DNA of 64,000 bases, taken from contig CM052817.1 in the NCBI GenBank assembly GCA_028534125.1, positions 69,938,001 through 70,002,000 on the forward strand, in the 5' to 3' direction. Each line of letters starts with the position of its first letter. Within the stretch, counting starts at the first letter, position 1. The stretch is from Lama glama (Eukaryota). Below, piece by piece: positions 54,400 to 64,000 of the stretch. Both the position numbers and the translations under genes were made by a program. Below the pieces are notes generated by a model. That model worked only from the letters and a program-made list of their open reading frames with translations. It searched no databases and was not told where the DNA came from.

Positions 54400-54700
54400 A
54401 ATGAAGAAGAATTGGAGAGGTTCCAGAGGATAGTAATGAAAATGATTAAAGGACCGATGATGAAAGGTTCAAGGAATTGGGATTACTTAGCCTGGAGAAG
54501 AGAAATTTGAGGGGTGATTTAATGGCAATCTTCAAGTGCAGTATGTGGAGGGTTATTACAAGTATGGTAGCCAGCTGTTCCCCAGCTGTATTGAAGGTTG
54601 GAAAAAGGAAACGGAACTAGAATTTCAGCAAGAGACAGAAGCTAGACCAGCAGTATGAGTGGTTCTCAGACTAGCTCAATGGATTGTGGAAACTTTGTGG
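54400..54700 (+). mobile_element. Ancient CR1/L3 LINE fragment (ORF2 C-terminal region)
   Basis: Conceptual translation across one frameshift gives LERFQRIVMKMIKG...ERFKELGLLSLEKRNLRGDLMAIFK, typical of CR1 ORF2. Confidence 0.75.
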
Positions 54701-55259
54701 AAGACCATGAAATACTGATGTTTTAAACTTAAAATGCATAGTTTTTGCTAAATCCAATAGCTCTATTTTAGTATAACAAAAGCTTAATTTAAGGGAGAAT
54801 TATGAAGTACAAACTCAAAACTGGGAAAATGTTGATTCTGGGGAGATGTGTGGGTGTTAAAGTGCAGGGACACCTTGGTTTGGGGAGCCCAGTGGGAGAA
54901 GCAGTGAGCTCTGACCAGAGGGCACCCGCACGCCTGCAGAGGTGTGAGGGCGGGTGGCTGGAGCCCGGGAGGCTGTCTGGGTGCTCAGGAAGGAAGAGAA
55001 TCACTACTGTCTGAGTCCTGGTGACCCTCTTCCTCCCTTTTGCCTGATTTCTATCTCCACCTGTGAGAAGAGGAGACAGGGGTCCAGGTGGTACGAGTAC
55101 CTCTGAGGACGGCATGGCTAGGAGATGGGGAGGGTGTTGGCTGGCCCCTGGAGACGGCCGCACCCTCTCACATGGACACGCCAGCTCTGCCTGTGGATTG
55201 AGTTCACTGTTACCAACTGCAGATTGTCAGGAACTTCACTCTTTAAAAAAAAAAAAAAA

Positions 55260-56380
55260 GACTTTTTTTTTTAAAATGTTTTATTACAAAGCTTCTTTTA
55301 AAAAATGCTCAGCACGTTAACTCAAACTGGAATGACAAACATTAGATGACAGTTTTGGGCAAAGGCTGTGCCTTGCTATTAAAAAAAAAATCAATGCTCA
55401 TTTTAACAACTGGCATAAAATCCCACTAATTGGCTAATAAAAACAGATACAAATACAGAACATTTAAAGTAATAACAATTCAAGTGCTGGGCTTTTTACA
55501 ACAAGGGGGTGAGAAGGAAAGAAATGAAAATTCACTGCAAACTGGTCTGTTGAAAGTATCTGTTAAGGTTTATCATTAAAAAAAAAAGATCATAAGAAAA
55601 ATAAAATGAAAGAGGATTGCCAACTGCTACCCACAGAGTGGACTGGCTGTTGCATTTATGTAGCTCTATTGGACACCTTACAAAGATGGAGAGGCCACTA
55701 TTTGTTATAGGTCATTCACAGAGAAGCCACTTGGCAGACAAGATATTGCTCAAAAAAAAAAAAAAGGCTTCATTTCATTTTTATTTCAAACGTTTCCAGA
55801 TCTTTGAATTTTACTTAAAAGCTCATAGCTAGCAAAATATACAACAACAAAAAAATTAAAACTAAAAAGTGTAAATTAAAAAAATTCAAGTTTAAAAAAA
55901 AGAAGCAAACATACAATTGATCCTTTTGCACTGTTAAATAAAAGCTTTAGGAGAAGAGAAAGAAAAATGAAGACAGAAACAAGGAGGGAACTCTTCCACA
56001 AGTTCCCTGCGGGGATGCTGCCGGCTGTGCTGGCTGCCACTCGGTTGCTCGGGGCAGGCAAAGGTAGCCAAGTTACTGTCCTTGCCAGAAGGTTACAGGT
56101 ATGGATGCAGGATGCTCTGGGAAGTGCACGGCGGAGACGAGGGGAGGAAAGCTGCTCAGCTGACCCTGGGCCTGCTAGCATTCTCATGTGCTTTGTCATT
56201 TTTCTTTTAAAAAAAAACCTTTTATCCTTTATTGTGGAACTTGGCTCTTGCAGTAGATGAAAGGGAGTTTGTCAGTGATTGTCTTTATGGGTCAGCGTCT
56301 CTAGCAGTGACCTCAGGGTGAAGTTGGTGTCATTCCTCCTTTGGGGTCGACTGGGCAAGCCATGAAGACAGTCTGGGTTT
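55260..56380 (-). other. LEF1: LEF1 3'UTR (end approximate)
   Basis: About 1.1 kb of U-rich sequence on the minus strand after the TGA, resembling the mammalian LEF1 3'UTR as I recall it and ending near an AATAAA. Confidence 0.85.
55280..55285 (-). terminator. LEF1: LEF1 polyadenylation signal
   Basis: TTTATT on + (AATAAA on -), in minus-strand context GCTTTGTAATAAAACATTTT. Confidence 0.8.
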
Positions 56381-56460
56381 TCAACAAGCTTCCATTTCCA
56401 GAAGAGGTCCCGGGGTCGCTGCCTTGGCTTTGCACGTTGGGAATGAGCTTCGTTTTCCAC
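56381..56460 (-). CDS. LEF1: LEF1 terminal exon, coding part (B-type C-terminal tail; UTR in isoforms that stop in the preceding exon)
   Basis: The minus strand after the acceptor reads GTGGAAAACGAAGCTCATTCCCAACGTGC..., which in phase 1 is (G)GKRSSFPTCKAKAATPGPLLEMEAC*. I recognise this as the LEF1 alternative tail. It also fits the known HADH-LEF1 tail-to-tail synteny. Confidence 0.9.
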
Positions 56461-59400
56461 CTCAAGAAGGAACAAATAAAATGCTGTTAATGTGAATTTG
56501 CCACAAACCTTTACAGATTTTAACCTCTACTGCATACAGCACATGTCTTAAGATCTCTGCATTTAATGAATCCACTTTTTTGATTTGGTGATGGCTAAAA
56601 CAGACTGCCCCACGGCAGCCCCCAATCCTCAGACTACGTTAGAGAAGACGTGTACTGTTACTGAAATGTTTACTTTGTTTCCAGGTTCATGTGCATGTAT
56701 GTACAGGGTTACCATGTGAAATACAGCTGATACTCTGGATCATGGTTAAAGAAAAGCATCCGTTTAAGGAACATGAGGAGGGAATGGCCAAACGTGAATT
56801 ATAATGGTGGGCAATGTCCAGATCAGGGAAAGATCTGTCATTCTGAAGTGTTTGGTCTTTTTAGTCCACTGTGGGGAGCCATTGTGTGAACTTACACGAG
56901 ACTGAACCGTGCTCAGGCTAGCCAGTGCCCCGCACGCTCCCGCTGCCAGCCCCAGGAGTCAGGGATGCTCTCTGTCCGCTCGTATTCAGTCTGAGGTGCA
57001 TAAGCCTCTCCAGTTTCACTTCAGACTTCAATTCTCAAGATTTTTTCCCTTCATAACACCTAGGATCTCTAATGTTCACTTTGGAATGTACACTCACCAA
57101 GTATTTAAAGGTATTGCTGGTGATAATACGTCCAGAAAGGAGATTCCCTAAATCCCCAAAGCTGTAATAACCTTGAGATTTAAAGAAGTGACTAAAAATA
57201 AAACATTGTACAAGATGCGAGAGACAGGAGAGAGCACATCGCAGAGACCAGCTCCTTCTCTACGGAGCGCATCCTCCTGCCCTGCGCCTTGTGCAGCTGC
57301 AGGGGAGCTCCGCTCTGCCTGGGGCCCCGGCAGCCTCAGACCAGTCTCAGCTCTTCGTGCTTGTGGTGTCTTTGTTACCAGCAGACGTCTCCTTTACAAA
57401 GTTAATTCCAAATAGTAGAGTGTGTTCCTTTATGCTTTTTATTTAAGTATAAGGGAACTCTGAGAAATAAAAGGAAGCTCTGAAATAGTTTAACAATGAA
57501 AACTAAACTCTGGATGGTGACTTACAGTCTACAAAGTGCTGTTCAGAGAAGAGCGATCTGTGGCCAGGAGCCATAAGGACGGCTCAGCCGGTGCATCTAA
57601 GGGGCAGTGCGCGGTGAGCCCCTCACAGTGAGCCCTGCTACAGGTTAGCATTCTGATTATCACTGCAGCTACTACCCCCAGTGTTGTCCCTCAAAATGAC
57701 TGCTGACCAGAAGTGTGAAGAAACTGTCTGTTTACCCGGGTGGCTACTGAACAAACAAAACCACCAAAAACAAAACGGGAGAAAATCAGCCAGAGCGTTA
57801 TCAGCACGACGGTCGTCAGTGGCAGTTTCAGCTCCTAGTCACCGCAGTATTGACTTTGCCCCTTTGACAGAAAACACACCAGTGCTGTGGTTTTTAAAAT
57901 GTAAGCAGAGTATTTCAGATGCTTCACACCGGAGGGTGGAAGAGCTTGGAAGGGCCCTGGCTTTCCAAGGAGGAAGGAGCAGAGCCCAGCTGGTGGGGGT
58001 GGGGGGCGCCCGCCTGCTCGCCCGCAGACGCCTCTTCACACCGTGCTTGTGCATCACAGACGGGCAGAGGACTGGTCAGGGTTGCTCTTGCTGGTGAGGA
58101 CGGGCCCAGCAGCTGGAGACCACTGCTGTGGTTCAGGAGCGACTGGCCGTTAGCAGCCGGGAGTGTCTGCCGGCTCCCGGGCATCAGCTGCCCCTCTGCT
58201 GGGCCCGTCCCCACCGCAGCCTCAGGCCCCCTGCGCAGCTCTCCTCGCTCTCCTGCACTTGCTGTTCAAGTCATCCTTCCTCCTCAGGGCACCCACAGTG
58301 CCAACTCCTCCCTACTTCTCGAGCTGAGCACAACATCACAATGACTAAACCAATCCTGGCTGGCCACAGTGGCCATTTATCACAAGGATGGTATGTGCTT
58401 CCATAGAAAGAATTTTGACATTGCCCAGTAAAGCCATTTCTTTCTGTGGTCTCGCGTCTTCCCACCGTTACTTCATTATTTCAGCGTCCCTCTTACAAAT
58501 CCGCCTGCAATTTGGCTTCAGAGATGCTCCGTACCACTCCCAACCAAAAAGCGACTCCACCCCACCTGGGTTACTCTCCTAAGGTCAAACTGGCATTTAA
58601 AGAAATCGGCAAAGAACTGTCTCACTATCAAAATGAGGCACCTTGCTTGCACTTGGTTGCTGCTTTAAAATACAGCGTCGTCAGGGCAGACCAGTCTTCC
58701 AAATGGGAGAAATGGGGGCCTTCCAATGCAGCTTTACAGATACAAAACAAGTCAAATCAAGATTCTTTTCAAGAAACCACAGGCATGAGGCTCAGGAGAC
58801 TGGAGACTTCCCACATCTAAGGCTTCACGTGGGGGGCGAGGCCGAGGCTGGGCTGGCCCTGCGAGCCCCAATGCGGCCCAACCCAGCAGTGGAGTCGGTG
58901 CAATCAAAGCTGCAATTACTGCTCCCGCTTCAAAGGGGGCCCCCGAGTCCCTTCTCACACATGTCAGGCTTGGGCTCCCTCTGCCAGGAGTCACCATGTG
59001 GGCCATTTGTTGAGTGTATTTGAAGGAAGCACAAGGCAGTGCCCTACCCCCACCATCCAGCTGAAACCCCTGAAGCTCTCCTGGATCAAACTCCAATCTT
59101 GATAAAACATCCCACTAACCAGCTGGAACCAGGAACCCAAAAGGGCAGAGTCACTTATTAAGAGCCCAAGTGGGAAAAGAAAATCTCGAGATTTCAAGAG
59201 GGACCTGCGTCTGGGAGACGAGCAGCACAGACTGAGGCCTTAGAGCTTTTTAGGCCTTGGTTCAGAAGACATGAAGAAGGGGAAAGGGGGAATTCCTTTG
59301 CCGTAACTGGAAGCCGAGTGCTGCCCCAGCCCCCTCCCCCACGCTGTCCTCCAGCAGGAGGGTCGAGGAAATCAGCCCATTGGTGAGGCCGAGGTCAAGG

Positions 59401-62400
59401 CAGAAAAGAGGGGGTGGGCGTGTGACTCAGGACCCACTGGGGCAGCAGGAACTGTGCAGGCCAAGCGGGAGCAGCAGAGCTGCCAAGACCACCCCCCCAC
59501 CAACCCGTAGTGTCAGGTCCCATCACTCCTTGTCCAGAGATGGTGAGGAACCCAACAAGGTGGGTAAGAATAAGAGATCCTTCCTCCCTGTCCCAAATAT
59601 TATGAGCAAGGAGTAGGAACTTTTAAGTGTTTTTAGTTATGACATGAAATTTAAGTAGAGAGTAATTAGTCTGTGACAGACGAACAGAGGGAGAGATTTT
59701 CATTCCAAAAATCACCTCACAGCAGCACACCACAAACTTCGTGACAACTGCCTAGGTTTTTCTGCTTCGTCTCGGGGCAAACCGACAGAAGGCTGCGGGG
59801 TCAGGGCGGGAACTCTAGCTCAGAGAAGCTCGGGCTCCCTGAGCAGGAAGCGAGCGCAACAGAGCTGCTCTGGCCCCGTCATTCTAGATGGAACCAAGAC
59901 ATTCAGTCGTCGGTAGCTGGTCTGAGGGTCCCCAAGCCCCTGGTTCCATGTAGGTCTGCTGGTGGGGAGGAAGGAAGGACAATGCCTGCTGAGCACGGCT
60001 GTGCCGGGCACGCGTACAATGTCCAGCCATCACACCAGCTCCGATGATTCCAGCCCATTTACAGAGAAGGATGGGGCTGTGTGAGGTGAAAAGCCCTGCC
60101 TACAGTCACCCAACCTACAGCTGGCAGGATTCGCTTTTGAGCCCTAAACCCAAATTCTCTCCAGCAGCCCTTGCAGCTAACCGATCACTCATTCTCTTCT
60201 CACCTGCCTTGCTTCCATGCACCCATCTGTCCATCACTAGTCAACAGCACGGTTAGCCCTTGGAGGCGGAGGTGGGCTCCACCTAGACCACTGCCCACCC
60301 CAACATACTATGCTCTGTTTGAAAGCAGGATGAGAGAACAAAGGGCATAAGAAATTAACTTTGAAATGCAAATCGCTAAGATTGAAAGTATAACCTACAA
60401 GAGCCACCTTCAGCTCCTTGAAAGTAACCTTAGTATCTGAAGAAAAGGAAAAATGGTAATGCGTGGTTAGGAAGGCTGGCGCTGAGTCTTCTTTCTGCAG
60501 CTGAGTTTGTCCTTAGTCCCAGCAACCAAGACTAGCCAGTCCCCCAGTCCCCGGGCCACACGTTCCAATGCAGGATTCGCAGAACCTGGAGGAAGGGAGG
60601 AGGGTCGGTGCTCTGATGGGCGCCTGGGCCTGGGCTTGGATCCGGGTTACACAGGCCGAGGCTCGGTCACTGAGTCTGCAGTTTCTTCCCCTGTGGGCAC
60701 TCAGAATGGATTAGGAGCAGTGAAAGCAGACCTTGGCGAAGTTGAGATGATGCTGAGGCAGGCCTGTAACTATTACTAAATTGCTCTAGGGGAGTTTCTC
60801 CTTCTGATCAGCCCTGTGTGTCTCCCGTGTGAGGATGCACGTCTCACTGGCAGGCCGGGCCTCCCAGTGTGGGTCTCACCCACTGGGTGCTCACCTCCAC
60901 TGGAGACACTGGGAAGTGCCCTTGAGGAAGGTTCTGAATAAGGGGCCTCAAAATCCACTGTAACTCTGCACACTGAAGTGCTTCAGGAGGACAATCACTG
61001 TGGAGACTCATCTACCCAATTCCAAATTCTGTATCCAACTCACTTTTCTCTCTACAAGTTCTCTTACATTGAAGATGCCAACTTCAGCTTCTAAAAGCAA
61101 GGCAACAGAATTAGTGCACACCATTTTTTTTTTTTGCGAACCAAGGATGTCCAGTGTCATACCTGTGTCTGTGTACAAGTCCATGTGTCTAAGTACAGGT
61201 GGCCCAGGGAGGTTACAGTGTGTTGTGGGCTCAGAGCAGGAGCTCTGGGAACAGACAGTCTGCAGCTGGGTTTGAACCCTGACCTCCATCATACTACTTG
61301 GGGTATCCCGTGCAAGTTACTTAAACTTACCAAACGTAAGTCGCTACACCTTACAAAGCATGTTGAGGGGCTGAAAGGAGGCAATTCGTGTGACAGACGT
61401 GGCGAGTGCCTGGCATCTGACAGGACACAGGGAGTGGAGACTTGAGTCAAAGAGGGACAGAAGAACAGACCCAGGTCTGGACACCAGCCAGCTGGCCCCG
61501 GACGAGTTACTGACATTTCCTTGCCCCTCAGTCGGGCGGACATCCCTCCCCGTACAGGGCTGCCACGGGAGCGGGATTTAAGGCCCCCAGGAGAGCGCCT
61601 GGGACAGACTACGGTCCAGAAACGACAGTCCACTTCCCTTGTTCCAATCTCACACAACACGTGCAGGGTAAAGGCAAGATTCATTCTACTTACAGGACTT
61701 CTGGTGGAAAATTAAGACCAATAGAGAATACTGTAAAACCTCTCTTACAAAATACTGTAAAATATCTCATAAAACAGTGTCCCCAGAAACACAATGATAG
61801 CTAAGAAAAGTAATCCCAAGAGGGCAACAGAAAATTTGGTGTTATATTTACAGAGGATGTGTATAAAAATTGAGAAAACCTCAGGTTCGATTTGACTTAA
61901 AACTGAAGCAAGAAAGTGGGCAGTACGGTTTCACTGAAATGCTCCCATTCTTCCCGCATTCTGTCAGAAGAGCACAGTGGCTCCCTCAGGGCTCACAGCC
62001 AGTCTAAGCGGGATCCCCATTCTTCTGGGTGTGTCACCTGGCAGCTTTACTCTTAGGGACACAGTGGAGGAAATGGAAGTACTCACAGGAGTATCAAAAA
62101 ATTCACATTAAAAAAAAGCCCCACATGTGCCCTTCCTAACAGAGTGCCCTTCATACCCCACCTCAGACTCCATTTGCTTTTAATTTACATATTATTCAAA
62201 TAAGCTTTGTTTTCTGGTTCCCAGATCTACAAAATGGATCAAAAGGAACGTATTTACTACCTTAGGGAAGGGTACCAGCCCAGGCAGAACAGAAAAAATA
62301 ATAAATTAGGAAAAGCAGATTTTTAAAACTCTCACATTATTTGAGATCATTTAGAACAGTGTCAAACAGCATCAGTTCTTTGTTGCCATATACCGTACGG

Positions 62401-64000
62401 TACATCGTACACGCTATAGAACAATGGCGCGAGGTATAAAGAAATAGTTAATTTAGATGTAGTCTTGAAGAAAGAGATGCATCCAAAAGAGTTAAAATTA
62501 AAAATTATATGTGTTGACACTTAAAGAGGTAAATCTCGAGTTCTCTGGGAAACTCCATCATCTGGAAGAATAATTCTGTTCCAGATTGCTCAGTGAGAAA
62601 ACCATTCTATTAAACCAAACTTGTCCAAAATAGATGTTTTTTTAATTCCATGAACTATTCTTAAGTGCACTGATCTGAATTGCATTTCATGGGCTTTCAT
62701 GAACAATACTAAATATTATGTGTCTCAAGAGCAACAAGCCTCCTCCTTCCCTCCCTTGCCAGTGATTTTTAATGGCACATGGTCACTCTTGCTAGTCAAG
62801 GGTCCAGTTTCCTGTTTCTGTTTGCCAAAGCAACTTAAACACAATTCTAGCTCTTCTGACCATTCAAGAGGGAAAAGGGATTGATGGAAAAGATGCTGCA
62901 GCACAGCAGAGATTTTAAAAGCTTTCACCACAAGTCTGACCCTCTCCTGGCTTTGTCACTAACACACAGCTGCCTAGATAGAATCACCTGCCTGCTAATC
63001 TGACAGGCGCTGCCGCCAGCTAGTCAGTGAGCTGTGGTGGACATCTGGGCTGCAGCCTGCCTCTGGATCATCCCCACGCCAGCACGCCTGCAGTGGGAGC
63101 AGGGAGCCCCCGGCAGTCGCTCTGTACTGTGTGACCATCTCCTCTGGCTGTGGTTGGTTACGGACTGGGGTAGAATTCTGACCTAAGCTGGGCTAGCCAG
63201 TGTCCCTTCTCTGCAATTTCCAAGAATCATCTCTTTGGGAGATGGACATGTGGAGCAAAGAACTGAGGAGGCCAATCTGCAGAAGGGAGGATGGGATTTG
63301 GGGGAAAGAGGCAGATACAAGAGGCAGAAAAAGCACTTGGACAGTTTTCTAAGACCACCTCCCAGAATTCTCCTTCGCCTACTGGCACTTCTGTCTTTGC
63401 CGTCCACAAGATGCTGCTGTATCCTTAACATAGAGCTCCTTAAGCTGGCGTGGGTTGTTTGTGCTCCTTGTGATCAAAAGGCTCCCATCACGAGAGTGCA
63501 CATGAGGCACTGGAGAACAGTTAGAGCCAAGCACCTGCAGTCCACACACAGTGCCGTTACAGAGTCATCTTGACTTAGGACAGTGTGACCAGGACCACCT
63601 TGCTGTCAGTGTCTGAACTTCCCTTACTGAGTGTTCTCACTACAGAGTCCCTAGTAAGGACACTGCAGTCAAGTGTCACTGTCGTGCAAATTCTCTACAG
63701 ATTTTCTACTAATCTGTGACAGGTTTAGCGAGGGTTTGTGGACAAACACAGAGGGGAGACATGGGGAGGCCACCAACTCAGACAGGAACAGACCCCATGC
63801 CCTAGGCAGAGTACACCTGTGATCCGGACAGGACAGACGACTCGCCTGCAGTCCTTTCCATCAGGATCTGACTGACGGGCAGACGGTCCTGCACTGGGCT
63901 GGGCCTCCGTTCAGAGGCGGCTCCGGCGGAGCTCTGGGACAGCGCTGAGCCGGGTGCAGGTGGCCGTGCCCCAGCTGGTCTCCCTGATCTGGGCGCCTCC
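56461..64000 (-). other. LEF1: LEF1 last intron (partial; upstream exons lie outside the window)
   Basis: Lies 5' of the LEF1 terminal exon on the minus strand. No HMG-box coding sequence seen in the window. Confidence 0.8.

Noticed and set aside
56272..56475. 67-aa ORF (VENEAHSQRAK...) in the LEF1 terminal exon
   Set aside because: Alternative frame starting at a non-ATG codon in the intron. The recognised LEF1 tail is in another frame.
58185..58205. CTCF-like motifs (also ~19517, ~50700, ~63008)
   Set aside because: Each departs from the core consensus in spacing or key bases, and cannot be supported without a PWM scan.
61727..61775. Short tandem duplications (also 32569-32594, 31930-31970) as CRISPR-like arrays
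   Set aside because: Only two or three adjacent copies with no spacers, consistent with slippage duplication in eukaryotic DNA.

Overview
Mammalian genomic DNA, probably camelid (inferred from a tRNA-derived SINE and the style of the L1 3' ends). The + strand carries a complete 8-exon HADH gene (mitochondrial short-chain L-3-hydroxyacyl-CoA dehydrogenase). It has a CpG-island promoter (~900-1500) and CDS join(1220..1351,21466..21594,24496..24653,28840..28966,32109..32198,35281..35353,45221..45337,46345..46463) = 945 nt = 314 aa + stop. All introns are GT-AG and the poly(A) signals lie at ~47068-47113. Converging on it from the - strand is the terminal exon of LEF1 (56460 down to ~55260), with the B-type C-terminal tail and 3'UTR; the rest of the window is LEF1's last intron. 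Introns hold L1, MIR, L2, CR1/L3, MaLR/ERV LTR and DNA-transposon fossils. Nearly all short ORFs in the track are noise or L1 debris. I found no convincing new multi-gene system. The best leads are an L1 nested in an L1 at the homologous position, a decayed homologue of the human HADH cassette exon, an orphan CpG island with a perfect splice donor between the two 3' ends, a PPRE-like DR1 in intron 1, a possible miR-34 to miR-223 seed switch in the LEF1 3'UTR, and a small four-stem fold in intron 6. Comparisons with human sequences and repeat consensuses are from memory and need alignment to confirm.
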